This document shows, one piece after another, positions 27,093 through 52,659 of a DNA stretch of 64,000 nt (position 1 is its first letter; each line of letters opens with the position of its first letter). The DNA comes from Chrysomallon squamiferum (taxonomy: Eukaryota; Animalia; Mollusca). The stretch spans positions 27,962,001 to 28,026,000 of the forward strand of contig CM022677.1 in assembly GCA_012295275.1 (NCBI GenBank). The letters run 5' to 3'. Made by a program: the position numbers and the translations under genes. The notes below the pieces were generated by a model, which saw only the letters and a program-made list of their open reading frames with translations, made no database searches and was not told the origin of the DNA.

Positions 27093-27205
27093 ATGAAGCA
27101 AATTTTCATGTCATTATTGGTATAGACATTTATTTCCAAGCGTGAGAAATGCACAGACACAAATCCAAACGTAAACACACAGCTCCAAGATCAAATCGCT
27201 TAAAT
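27093..27205 (+). pseudogene. Degenerate copy of family exon 1
   Basis: ATGAAGCAAATTTTCATGTCATTATTGGTATAG; duplicate of 13271. Confidence 0.5.
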
Positions 27206-27923
27206 GAGGCAATCAAAGCCTGCTGAGTGGAAAGTGATTTTCTGGTCAATCGCTGGGACACGAGACGAATTCAAAGTTTTTAAAAACAGTCTGCGCTGAG
27301 TTCAGCTGCTCCTCACAGTCACGTGTCGACATCACGTGTCTATAAATATCTGCAGTCAGAGCTGAATCAAGAACGAAATCAACAACAGGTAATATTTTAA
27401 TTTTGTTATTCTAAGACGAAACCACAATTATTGCTGGTTCTGCTACTGGTGTTTGTTTTTTCTAATACAATACTATCACTAGTATTATTATTGCTGGTTC
27501 TACTACTTCTGTTTCTAGCATTACCACTAGACACAAATGCATTACAGTTATATTTGATGGACGTAATGACTGTAGTGGCAGTAGTTATACTAACCGCAGC
27601 AATGTTAGTAAAAACAAAGTCGTAGTAAGAACAGTAATTCCACGAGTAGTAGTAGTAGTTGTAGTTGTTGTTATTGTTGTTGTTGTTGTAGCAACTCGGC
27701 TTTAGTCGTAGTGTAAATGTACGAAATGAGAAGAAGTTAAACTGTTTTTAGTTTCTGTGTGATTGCTGTCTTCAAACTAATTTTACAACAACAACACGTG
27801 TTAATAACCAAACTGACTGACAGAACTCAAACTGTTCATAATTTATTTTATATTAATTAAGAATTTATTTTGTGTATAAACAAGTGAAGTGCTTGCTCTA
27901 TAGTCACAATACTTTTCTTCAAG

Positions 27924-33286
<5,363 letters not shown>

Positions 33287-33463
33287 AATACCATCATGTC
33301 TGAAAATGCAACACACAAAATTATGATATAAATAAACATTATTAATCTTTGTCGTGTTCCATGTACCACTCTGTCAGCGTCTTTATGTTTGTCAGTCTGT
33401 AATTATGAGTTTAGTAAGACTATTCAACCTTAAACACGAAACTCTCTCACTAGAGAGATAGAT

Positions 33464-33571
<108 letters not shown>

Positions 33572-33919
33572 AGAAAGAGAGACAGAGAGAGACACAGAGA
33601 GAGACAGAAAAAGACACAGAGAGACAGAGACAGAGAGAGAGAGAGAGAGACAGAGAGAGAGACAGAGAGACAGAGAGAGACACGTACGTTCTCTGTGGAC
33701 AGGCTGGGAGTCGACTGGGATTGTGATGGGTTTTGGACGGATGATGCTTCTCTGCTGTGGAGTCTGGTATCTCTCTTCTCCACTCGATGGGTACCCACTC
33801 TCACCTGAAACATCACCATGGAAACATTATTTTACACACACACACACATATAGACAGACAGACAGACAGACTCACATACACAAACTCACACACAGACGCA
33901 TAGACAGAGAGACAGACAG

Positions 33920-34745
33920 AGGAAGTTTCTGTGAGTTTAGAATGAGATAATGGTGGTCAAGATAGTGAGACAAGGGATAAAGGAAGTTTCTGTGAGTTTA
34001 GAATGAGATAATGGTGGTCAAGATAGTGAGACAAGGGATAAATGAAGTTTCTGTGAGTTTAGAATGAGATAATGGTGGTCAAGATAGTGAGACAAGGGAT
34101 AAATGAAGTTTCTGTGAGTTTTGAATGAGATAATGGTGGTCAAGATAGTGAGACAAGGGATAAATGAAGTTTCTGTGAGTTTTGAATGAGATAATGATGG
34201 TCAAGATAGTGAGACAAGGGATAAATGAAGTTTCTGTGAGTTTAGAATGAGATAATCGTGGTCAAGATAGTGAGACAAGGGATAAAGAAAGTTTCTGTGA
34301 GTTTAGAATGAGATAATGATGGTCAAGATAGTGAGACAAGGGATAAAGAAAGTTTCTGTGAGTTTAGAATGAGATAATGATGGTCAAGATAGTGAGACAA
34401 GAGCTAAAGAAAGTTTCTGTGAGTTTAGAATGAGATAATGATGGTCAAGATAGTGAGACAAGGGATAAAGAAAGTTTCTGTGAGTTTAGAATGAGATAAT
34501 GATGGTCAAGATAGTGAGACAAGGGATAAAGAAAGTTTCTGTGAGTTTAGAATGAGATAATGGTGGTCAAGATAGTGAGACAAGAGCTAAAGAAAGTTTC
34601 TGTGGGTTTAGAATGAGATAATTTAGGTCAAGATAGTGAGACAAGGGATAAAGAAAGTTTCTGTGAGTTTTGAATGAGATAATGGTTGTCAAGATAGTGA
34701 GACAAGAGCTACAGGACGTTTCTGTGAGTTTAGAATGAAATAATG
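33920..34745. repeat. 61-bp minisatellite (~13 copies)
   Basis: Unit gaagtttctgtgagtttagaatgagataatgRtggtcaagatagtgagacaagggataaa. Confidence 0.95.
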
Positions 34746-35736
34746 ATGAAATAGAAATAAATTCAAAGTTTGTACGATAATGAAACCTTTTAAATTATGT
34801 ACACGAAATTATCAAGGAAGATTCTGAAAACGAGGTGAACTGAATGGAGCAATCAGTGCTCAGTGTGAACTGATTTACAGGTGACTCGCTGGACACGATG
34901 TTTAAATTGAACACACAGTGTGAGTTCTATTTATCTGATGTTTAAATTGAACACACAGTGTGAGTTCTATTTATCTGATGTTTAAATTGAACACACAGTG
35001 TGAGTTCTATTTATCTGATGTTTAAATTTATATCTAGACAACACGTGTTTATAAATATCTGCAGTCAAGGCTGAAACAAAATCAACAACTGCAACAACTG
35101 TCAATGTATTTTCTAACACTATTATTAATACTACTATTACTGTTATTAATACTGATAACTGTACTGGTATATTACTTTTATTAATATTACTAGTTGTACT
35201 GGTACTATTACTATTAATAATACTACTAATTATACTGGTAATATTACTATTGTTATTGCTGCTACTAAAATGACAATTAGAAAAATATGCATTACATTGG
35301 TATGTAGTTGAGGTGATGGTTGTCATTGCAATAGTTATAGTAGCAGCAGCAGCAACGTTAGTAAGAAATAGTACTAGCACTACTTCAACCAGCAGTGGTA
35401 GTAGTCGTTGTTGTTCTTTTCGTTGTGCTAGCACTCTACATTAGTCGCAGTAGTTGTTCAGTTGTTATTCTCTCTGAATTAACAACAGTTAATCAAATTA
35501 ACACGTGTAGTTTTGATGTAGCAGTAGATACGGAATGAGAGGAAGTCAAACTGTTTTTTTTTATTTTCTGTGTGATTGCTGTCTTCAAACTAATTTTACA
35601 ACAACAACACATGTTAATAACCAAACTGACTGACAGAAGTCAAACTGTTCATAATTTATTTTATATTAATTAAGAATTTATTTTGTGTATAAATAAGTCA
35701 ACTGCTTGCTCTATCGTCACAAAACTTTTCTTCAAG

Positions 35737-35865
35737 ATGAAGATGATTTTCATTTCGTTATCGCTAAAGACGTTTTCTGTCAAACGTCAGAAATACACAG
35801 ACACAACTGAAAACGTGATTACACGCGACCAAGTCACGGAAAAGAAACAATCAGAAACGTGCTGA
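35737..35865 (+). pseudogene. Degenerate exon-1 copy behind a nearly pristine promoter cassette (35540-35736)
   Basis: ttcttcaagATGAAGATGATTTTCATTTCG...; promoter almost identical to those of C and F; no downstream exons of its own. Confidence 0.55.
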
Positions 35866-37054
35866 ATGGAAACGGATTTCAATGGCTGGACACTGAACAA
35901 TGTTTAAATTAAACACAGTTTGATTTCTGTTAATTTGGTATTTAAATTTATATCTACACAGCACGTGTCTATAATTATCTGCAGTCAAGGCTGAAATAAT
36001 TGCAAAATGAACAACAACAGTTAATATTGTAAATATTTCTCTAATTCAAACTACAGATAGAATTATTATCGGTTCTACTATTTCTACTGTTACTCGTGCT
36101 ATTTAAATTACCACTAGGAACAAATGCATTAAATGTATAAGTAGTAGATGTATATCTGTAGTAGCAGTAGTAGCAGTAGCTATACTAGCAGCAGCAAATT
36201 ATAATAATAATAAAAAAACGTCGTAGTACTAAGAAGAGTAATTCCACCAGTAGTAGTAGTAGTTGTTGTTGTTGTAGTAGTACTCGGCTTTAGCATAGTA
36301 CTTGTTGACTTGTTATTCTACCTGAATTAACAATTAATCAGAATAGTTTTGATATAATAGTAGTAGTGATATAATGGGTGACGGTAGTATTAATAGTAAT
36401 AGTAGTAGCACTAGTAGCAGTATTATATTGGTAGTAGCAGTGTTGCTGTAGTAGTTACAGTGGTGGTAATTATAGAAGGCTTTTATTTTTGGCTCTTAAC
36501 AGTTCTGCATAGTAGACGTTGTAGTCGTAAAGTAATTGAAATAGGACACAAATTGATTCTGAAACATAAATCTAACGGACTGGTTCATTTATATTCAAAA
36601 CGAACAAATGTGTTCCTACAAAGCAGTCAAAGTCATCCCTATGCCATATTTGGTGACGGAACAGTCGGTTTACTCAAATCCATACAGATCAGAATATATT
36701 CTCAGGCAGCATCTAATCCCAGCGTAATCGTCTGACATTTTTAAATTAAACTTTACATGAAAAATATCTTTTCATATCGCAATATCTTTATTTTAAAACA
36801 CTTATGACTTTGATGACGTACTATCGTCAACAGCACATACCATACTCTTCCCCTGTCAGTTCGTTAGTTTCGGGTCGACTTTGTCATTCGATGTCTGCTG
36901 TGAGTAAACGAGAAACCAGATGGAGTTAAACATGGCGACTCTAGAAAGCTGAGAGATTTGAGCTGAAGTCAAACTGTGTTTAGTTTACGAGCTGTCTGCT
37001 GCTCCGTGTCGCTGGACACACACAAAACGAAAGTTCACACACGACAGTTCTAAA

Positions 37055-42506
<5,452 letters not shown>

Positions 42507-42609
42507 TTAGTTTTCTTGGTTCATGTTGTACTAACTATTTTCCTATTGTTTATGTGTTTATATAAATATTCTTTAAATCAGAAAAAAACGATTCTGAACA
42601 GTCATGGTT

Positions 42610-44580
42610 AATGCTGTCTCAGTATACCCACGGATGTAAACAGTGAGTCTGTCAAAACTGTCTCAGTATCTCAGTCGTGAGTAACAGTGAGTCTAACCCG
42701 CTGTCTCAGTATACTCAGTCGTGAGTAACAGTGAGTCCATCCACCCCTGTCTCAGTATACTCAGTCGTGAGTAACAGTGAGTCTATCCACCCGCTGTCTC
42801 AGTATACTCAGTCGTGTCTAACAGTGAGTCTGTCCACCCGCTGTCTCAGTATACTCAGTCGTGAGTAACAGTGAGTCCATCCACCCGCTGTCTCAGTATA
42901 CCCAGTCGTGAGTAACAGTGAGTCCGTCCACCCGCTATCTTAGTATACTCAGTCATGCATAACAGTGAGTCTGTCCACCCGCTGTCTCAGTATACTCAGT
43001 GTGTGTCTAACAGTGAGTCCATCCACCCGCTGTCTCAGTATACTCAGTCGTGTCTAACAGTGAGTTTATCCACCCGCTGTCTCAGTATACTCAGTGGTGT
43101 CTAACAGTGAGTCTATCCACCCGGTGTCTCAGTATACTCATTCGTGAGTAACAGTATGTACAGCTGCTGTCTCAGTATACTCACTGGTGTCTAACAGTGA
43201 GTCCGTCCACCCGCTGTCTCAGTATACTCAGTCGTGTCTAACAGTGAGTCTGTCCACCCGCTGTCTCAGTATACTCAGTCGTGTCTAACAGTGAGTCTGT
43301 CCACCCGCTGTCTCAGTATACTCAGTCGTGAGTAACAGTGAGTATATCCACCCGCTGTCTCAGTATACTCAGTCATGTATAACAGTGAGTCCGTCCACCC
43401 GCTGTCTCAGTATACTCAGTCGTGAGTAACAGTGAGTCTGTTCACCCGCTTTGTCAGTATACTCAGTCGTAACAGTGAGTCTATCCACCCGCTGTCTCAG
43501 TATACTCAGTCGTCTCTAACAGTGAGTCTATCCACCCGCTGTCTCAGTATACTCAGTCGTGTCTAACAGTGAGTCTGTCCACCCGCTGTCTCAGTATACT
43601 CAGTCGTGAGTAACAGTGAGTCTATCCACCCCGTGTCTCAGTATACTCACTCGTGTCTAACAGTGAGTCTATCCACCCGCTGTCTCAGTATACTCAGTCG
43701 TGAGTAACAGTGAGTCTATCCACCCGCTGTCTCAGTATACTCAGTCGTGAGTAACAGTGAGTCTATCCACCCGCTGTCTCAGTATACTCAGTCATGCATA
43801 ACAGTGAGTCCATCCACCCGGTGTCTCAGTATACTCATTCGTGAGTAACAGTGAGTATGTCCAGCTGCTTTCTCACTATACTCACTTGTGTCTAACAGTG
43901 AGTCTATCCACCCGCTGTCTCAGATTACTCAGTCGTCTCTAACAGTGAGTCTATCCACCCGCTGTCTCAGTATACTCAGTCGTGTCTAACAGTGAGTCTG
44001 TCCACCCGCTGTCTCAGTATACTCAGTCGTGTCTAACAGTCAGTCTATCCACCCGCTGTCTCAGTATACTCAGTCGTGTCTAACAGTGAGTCTATCCACC
44101 CGCTGTCTCAGTATACTCAGTCGTGAGTAACAGTGAGTCTGTCCACCCGCTGTCTCAGTATACTCAGTCGTGAGTAACAGTGAGTCTATCCACCCGCTGT
44201 CTCAGTATACTCAGTCGTGAGTAACAGTGAGTCTATCCACCCGCTGTCTCAGTATACTCAGTCGTGTCTAACAGTGACTCTATCCACCCGCTGTCTCAGT
44301 ATACTCAGTCGTGTCTAACAGTGAGTCTATCCACCCGCTGTCTCAGTATACTCAGTCGTGTCTAACAGTGAGTCTATCCACCCGCTGTCTCAGTATACTC
44401 AGTCGTGAGTTAACAGTGAGTCTATCCACTCGCTGTCTCAGTATACTCAGTCGTGAGTAACAGTGAGTCTATCCACCCGCTGTCTCAGTATACTCAGTCG
44501 TGAGTAACAGTGAGTCTATCCACCCCCTGTCTCAGTATACTCAGTCGTGAGTAACAGTGAGTCTATCCACCTGCTGTCAC
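42610..44580. repeat. 47-bp minisatellite (~41 copies)
   Basis: Unit cagtgagtctatccacccgctgtctcagtatactcagtcgtg(ag/tc)taa. Confidence 0.97.
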
Positions 44581-45378
44581 TATACGTTTTTACTGAGTAT
44601 GTATTCACCAGAAACCTATTCTTTACATAGTTATAAATCACTAAAAATCATCTGAAAAACAATATAAGAAATATGCATGAAGTGAAATGTATTGAACGGA
44701 TCAATGTATCAATAAATACTGAAGATCCACGACATCCAATAGGAAGGCGTCTTGTGAGCATGCAGACCACGTGACGATGTTAGTCACTGTCTGTCCAATA
44801 ACCGCATGACGTTCGTTGATGATGACGTCACAGTGAGGAAGCGATCAGCAGATTAAAGTACACAATTAGCGGAACTGAGGGGAGATAATCACCGCTGTCT
44901 GTCTACTGCTGGACGTTCTGCTATTTGTGTTCATCAAGCTGGTTACAGCTCCTGCAAAATCTGTTCGGGTGTAATTCTCGGCATTTCTATGGTGATGTCT
45001 TTCCTTTGTGCCTGTAAATGTTGGACGTGTACTTTTAACCGTTTTTACACCCTTGTTTCACGTGCAGTTGCGTAGTAGGCAACTGCATTCACTCCACCAA
45101 TCTGAGGTGACCGGTTATCATTTTGTGAAAGCTCTGTTAATGTGCTTGTCTCTGAAGATATCAGTGTCAGCTGAATCACACAGGCAGAACAAACCCAGGC
45201 TGACGTGAACGGTGCTGCAGTCAGAGCAATGAAACGGAGCGACGCTTCCGACATCTTCTGAATCAGGATTCTCGTCCAGAAACTTTCTCCAGTGCTTAGT
45301 TGAATCACTGAAGCCAGCTTTTGTAATAATGATGCTGAATGACTGAGAAATAATTTATATTCACACTTAGATCCTATT

Positions 45379-45436
<58 letters not shown>

Positions 45437-45539
45437 CACAAACACACACAGACATGCACGTCAAAAACTAAAAGGAATGAAAATAGATATAAAACGATTT
45501 AGTGATGAATAAACTACAATTCTTTTACATTTACTACTC

Positions 45540-45593
<54 letters not shown>

Positions 45594-45803
45594 ATAATAA
45601 TAATAATAATGATAATAAAGATATACGCTCTGTACTAATGATTTTTATTCAGTGTTTTAAAGTAGTCTCTGAACAGTGATATCGCTTTGCACTGTTTGAA
45701 CTGTTTTGTCTGGCTTCTCTCGATGCTCCATGGGCGTCGTTGGGCATGATGTAGTCGTAGTAGTGTTCTCCGTCTACTGCAATCTGTAATAATAATAATA
45801 ATA

Positions 45804-45840
<37 letters not shown>

Positions 45841-46285
45841 CAATCATGAAGATAATAACAGTGGTGGTGATGCTAATGTGTATGTTTATATTGTTAGCAT
45901 TAAGATGAGGGACAAACAGACAGATAAATAAAGGTTTCGATAACGATTCTTAATGGCTTTCTTAATGTCGCACGGGTTGAATCTGGTTCAAGTGCACCAT
46001 AGAGGTAAACCTTAAACAAATAGTTTGTGTATGTACATAAATCTCGTGCAAATCAAATTTGTAGAAGACCACTGTTTGTTGATTTCACACGTCGACGTCG
46101 TAGTTCCAATTAAAACATCGTAAGTCTCGTCACAGTTGTAGTTTGTTACTGAGTTAAACGTAGTTGTAGTATAGGTCTTTGTGGCATTTGCAATATCAGG
46201 AGGATTTCCGCAATCTACTTCTGAGAAATTTTGAACGAATACGAATTATAATTGAAAAAATATTTGAATGAACGATTAAATGGAA

Positions 46286-46341
<56 letters not shown>

Positions 46342-47229
46342 TTTAAGTAATAAATAAAGACATAAATAAATATGATACATTCTATGTTTGATTCATTACA
46401 CTGTAAAAGAAAGTACCACAGCAGTAACTATAAATGCCACCATTACTACGACTACATCATTACTACAAATAGAACTACAGCTTCACTGACATCCCATTAA
46501 TACTCTGCTGCTACTGCAAGCCAAAACTACTGTTAAGACGTTTGAATGACCAAACTTTCGGAGATTCATCTCTCTCTCTGTCTCTCTTTCAACTCTCTCT
46601 CTCTCTTTCTCTCTCTCTCTCTTTCTCTCTATCTCTCATATCTCTCTCACTCACTCTCTCTCTGGGTCGTTGTGTCTGTATTTGATTCTAATAATCTACC
46701 TGTCTCTCTAATCAATCTACCTGACTCTCTAATCAATCTACCTTCTGTCCAATCAATCTACCTGTCTGTCCAATCAATCTACCTGTCTCTCTAATAAATC
46801 TACCTGTCTCTCCAATCAGTATACCTGTCTCTCTAATCAATCTACCTGTCTCTCTAATCAAACTACCTATCTCTCTAATCAATCTACCTGTCTCTCTAAT
46901 CAATCTACCTGTCTCTCTAATCCCTCCATCACCATCCATCACATTCTCAGTCAATGTACACTGTAATGATACCTAATTACTATGTTACTGCCTGTGTGCT
47001 TGTGTGTATATTTTGTTACTATCAGCCTGCGTATATGTTTTGTGCCTGTGTTTAATGGAATTATGTGGTGTGATGTGAAAGGCATGAACATGAAATGTTA
47101 TAGTAGTTTTGGATATTATATGTATTGAATGACGTCATAATGAGTCCAGTGCAATATGGTAAAAATATTCTATGATATAATACGCTTTGGACATCTTGAT
47201 ATTGTGTTATCGTATTATGTTGTATGTCG

Positions 47230-47331
<102 letters not shown>

Positions 47332-48153
47332 GTGGTGTGATATTAATTTGTATCACACTGGGATGTGCAGTGCTATCGTGTGTTATACGCCGATATATTG
47401 AGCTAAGTGGTGGCTTTATGCTGTGTTATTATTGCTAGATAATGTTACATTGAGTTATACAGTGTTGTGTTTTGTTATGTAGTGTTATACTGTGTTACGT
47501 TGTCTTGTTTTGTGTGATGTGATGTAGGGGTACTGTTCAGTACATTCCTTCGAGGAAACACAAATGATCTGAATAGGATTGTAAAACGAGACCAAACTGT
47601 ATAATTTAATATTAATACATCTCCAGGCTAGTAAACCTGATACACAGACACTTTTGTTTTTCCTTTGTTGTTTGTTTTGACATCTTTAATAAAATATGTC
47701 TCAGGAGATACATAGACACTGGAAGCTTTGTTTAGTACCTTTTAAAATGTCACCATTAATTTTTACTGCACCAACTTTCCACTCATCTTTCTGTACAGCG
47801 TTAGAGCAGAGTGCGGGGTAGAATAACGTATTAAATTCTATTTCTTATTCATTTCCAATAGATTTTAATTCACCGAACTTTCTGTGATTAAACCATAACT
47901 ATTGCCAATCATTACCGTGCAGTAAATCTTTAAATATTAATAATCATACCACGTTTTCCTGTGTGCTCTCTATTCCTTTAGTGAATTTCAATCATAATAA
48001 TAAAATACAGACGGTGATAATTCACAGTAAAGTAGTATAATAGAAATGTAACAAAATATATGACATACCATACGATATCATTTGGCATATTCAGTACAGT
48101 CTGGTATCGCACTATTGCCACAGAACAAAAAAAGCATACGATATCATAAGAAA

Positions 48154-48647
48154 CCATAGTTATACTAACATTAGCTTATACCACAGTTATACTAACATTA
48201 GCTTATACCACAGTTATACTAACATTACCTTATACCACAGTTATACTAACATTAGCTTATACCACAGTTATACTAACATTAGCTTATACCACAGTTATAC
48301 TAACATTACCTTATACCACAGTTATACTAACATTAGCTTATACCACAGTTATACTAACATTAGCTTATACCACAGTTATACTAACATTACCTTATACCAC
48401 AGTTATACTAACATTAGCTTATACCACAGTTATACTAACATTAGCTTATACCACAGTTATACTAACATTAGCTTATACCACAGTTATACTAACATTAGCT
48501 TATACCACAGTTATACTAACATTACCTTATACCACAGTTATACTAACATTACCTTATACCACAGTTATACTAACATTAGCTTATACCACAGTTATACTAA
48601 CATTAGCTTATACCACAGTTATACTAACATTAGCTTATACCACAGTT
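48154..48647. repeat. 27-bp tandem repeat (~18 copies)
   Basis: Unit ccacagttatactaacattaScttata. Confidence 0.96.
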
Positions 48648-48823
48648 GTTATACATTATCATAACGCAGCGTGAAATGGTTTTATCTAAATATATTCGTA
48701 TGGCACGTCTAGTAGTTTTGACATTTGCATTTCGTTAAATTAACGTTATTACGTATTTGTTTAAAGTTAAGAGATAACATACACTGATTCACTAAATTAA
48801 CATTATTACGTATCTTTTTCTTT

Positions 48824-48881
<58 letters not shown>

Positions 48882-48939
48882 TTCCGTGCTAAGCTGTTCC
48901 ACCAAACAAAGAAAATCACACATTTCAGGAAACAGACAC

Positions 48940-49245
48940 AACAAACAGAAGGATGTAAGCGGGCTTATGGAGAGTAGTACATCACAGAAACAAACAGAAG
49001 GATGTAAGCGGGTTTCTGGAGAGTAGGACACCACAGACACAAACAGAAGGATGTAAGCGGGTTTCTGGAGAGTAGGACATCACAGAAACAAACAGAAGGA
49101 TGTAAGCGGGTTTCTGGAGAGTAGGACATCACAGAAACAAACAGAAGGATGTAAGCGGGTTTCTGGAGAGTAGGACATCACAGAAACAAACAGAAGGATG
49201 TAAGCGGGTTGATGGAGAGCAGGACATCACAGAAACAAACAGAAC
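48940..49245. repeat. 49-bp tandem repeat (~6 copies), preceded by a poly-T run at ~48827-48879
   Basis: Unit aaacagaaggatgtaagcgggtttctggagagtaggacatcacagaaac. Confidence 0.93.
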
Positions 49246-49646
49246 GGACGATGGCTACAGCAGGACAACATTAGCGACATCACGTAGACGCTTTCTGGTA
49301 GACGCTTTCAAGTAGACGCTTTCAAGTAGACGTTTTCTGGAGACAGTCAGCTGATAATGAGAGGACAGGTCGCTGTGTATACGCGAGGGATACACTGAAA
49401 TATACACAGAACCTACAACAGAGTATTGTATAACTACTGCAACCAATGAAAAGCACTACATGATAAAACTTTGCACAGGAACCTTTTTGGATGCACAGAA
49501 AAACACAGTAACATTTGTTACAGTAATAAAATGCAATACACGTCTGAGCCGAAAAAAAACCAAAACCAGATAAACACTGAGCAGATGATTAACATGAACT
49601 TTTTGTTTCACATAAGCCAACATATATATGAGTGTGTGTATGTCTA

Positions 49647-49753
<107 letters not shown>

Positions 49754-50819
49754 ATATATATATATATATATATGTTTACATTTAATAATAATAGATGATG
49801 ATGACAGCAAAATTTTATATATATATATATATGGTTTCATTTTATTTCTTTTCGACTTACCTCTGGTAGAGACCGTTTTTCAACAAACACTTCACCAGGG
49901 ACAGGAGATATCAGAGTCGTTGTCGATGTCGTGCTATCGCCAGAATTTGACACACACTGTCTTGTGACGGTGTTGTAGTTCAACGATTTACACAAAGGTC
50001 GACAGAGTCAGAGACATACAGAGACAGAGACAGATACATACACAGAGACAGAGAGAGACATATAGAGAGAGAGAGAGACAGAGACAGATACATACACAGA
50101 GACAGAGAGAGACATATAGAGACAGAGACAGAGAGACAGAGAGAGACAGAGACAGAGACATACACAGAGAGAGACAGAGAGACATATAGAGACAGAGACA
50201 GAGAGACAGAGAGAGACAGACAGAGACAGAGACAGACACACAGAGAGACAGAGAGAGACACACAGAGAGACAGAGACAGAGAGACAGAGACAGAGACATA
50301 CACACAGAGAGACAGAGAGAGAGTTCAGTTTTCTCACGGAGGTTCTGAGGTGTTTGAGGTGACATGTTGTTTATGTAGAAATGTCTTCACCTGGGTTCTG
50401 TTTACTTTTTTCAAAGACAAAAATATATCTTGTTGTCACTTCCGTTCATTGAACGGTTATTATTGTCAGATATTTCTATTGTATAATCCTTGATACACAA
50501 AATGACAGTCGAGTAACAGTAAGTTCAAGGATGAGAAACATTGACATTCGTTTTAATAATTTATAATTGTTCTCTTGCCAACGATCAATTTTTCAGTGTA
50601 TTTGTCACCCTTTCGAGAAGAAAAATGTTTCCAGACACATACCCAGCCCCCCCCACAAACACAGAGACACACAGACACACATACACATACACCCACACAC
50701 ACACACCCAGACACACAGACACATACACACAGACACCCACACAGATACACACAGACACACACACACACATACACAGACACCCCTGCACACACACAGACAC
50801 ACACGCACACATACACAGA

Positions 50820-50902
<83 letters not shown>

Positions 50903-51371
50903 CAAGTCTAAATATATAAGTCTCTGTTTATATAAATTATGTGTATGATTTTATCTTTTTGTTTACTTTCATATTCTTTAATAAAGATAGTGTTTGCAAA
51001 ACAAATTGAAACCTGCTGAGAAAAAGTTTGGGGTTTCGGATAAAAAATAAATAGAGTTAAAATGAAATGTTCAACGTGGTTCGGTCTCATTTACTAAATA
51101 AAATATATATATATATATATATATATAAGCAAACGCACACACATACACACTCACAAGTACGCACGCATACCTATGAATATACAAAAGTCATTCTCTGAAG
51201 TAAAACGTGTTTATTTGCAGTATTCAAAAACCGTAACATTATTACAGTCTCTTCTCTGTTCTAGACATTCGAGTTAAAATAATAATTATAACGTTCACAC
51301 ATTCTGAGAAAATGTAAAAGTGTTTTCTTTACATTTCTGTGTTTAACTGGTGATGTTTCTTATTCAGTATT

Positions 51372-51682
51372 TTAAAAAAGGCTTTGGACGGTCATGTTAC
51401 CATGCACTACGGTGGAGTTGATGGCTCTCTCTACTATGACGTTGTTGTTAGGAACAGTGTAGTTGTAGCAGTGGTATCCCTCTACTGCTACCTAGAACAA
51501 TAATAATAATGATGATGATGATGATTACGATGATGGTGATGGTGATAATAATGATAATAATATGATTATGGAAATAATGCATAAGTTTATATTCATTATT
51601 ATTATTATATATATGAATATCTGTATGTATACTTGTCTCCCCTATCTTAATAATAATGAATATAAACACAGACACACACATT

Positions 51683-51714
<32 letters not shown>

Positions 51715-52624
51715 AAAAAAGGGATAGATAGGTAGATGCCAAGATAGCTACATATTTATACTGACTGATAGAAAATGTTAACAATCATGTATTCATATTG
51801 ATAGAAAGAGAATCACAGTAAGATAGATACAGAGATATAGAAGTAGAGAGATATAGTTTAATGAGCTAGATGGCTAGAATAGATAGACCGACAGACAGAC
51901 AGAAAGACCGATGATATAGTTAAACAGAAAGACAGATAGTTGCTAGATAATAGAAAGGCTGAGAGGTAGACAGACAGGTGTACGGATATATTAATACCTT
52001 GAACGTGTTGACCTGCAGGGTTATATTCAGTGTGAAGGTATCACCGGGTCGAAGAGGAAATGAGGAAGCGTTGGTGGAATTTAACCATTGATCATTAAAC
52101 TTAGAGTTGAAAATGACGTCGTTTTGTCGATCTTTGTCGGACTTGAACGTCACTTTGAAGTGCATAAAGATGTCAGCGCCTCCTTGCAGATTCACTGCAA
52201 ACCTTAAACATAACTCATTAATTTTACATTTGTGTGTGTTTATGTATTATATGTATGTATTATATGTGTGTATTATATGTGTGTATTATGTATGTATGTA
52301 TGTATGTATGTATGTATGTATGTATGTATATAATACTTTTTCTTGCGAAGGAAAGTAGGCCTAGTACACGAGTAAGTGAGCAGGATAAATCTGACGTCTA
52401 CAAACAAAACGAGATGATCAGAAAGTATATAAATTATCCCACATCCAAACGAAACGAAACGAGAACAAAAGAGATAAAACAAACAAACAGAAATCAAAGA
52501 AAGAAAGAAAGAAAAATATTTTCTTACACGCTGCTCGCTTGGTCTGTTTCCGCCTTCAGATGCATTTCCCAATCACTTGACAGAGGCGATGGAACCTGAA
52601 AGTCTCGATGACCACGAAAAGTCT

Positions 52625-52659
<35 letters not shown>

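Noticed and set aside
47700-47820. Short minus-strand reading (CSNAVQKDEWKVGAVKINGD..FQCL) between the PAN and Sushi exons of gene I, a candidate EGF-like exon
   Set aside because: Cysteine pattern and acceptor site are not convincing
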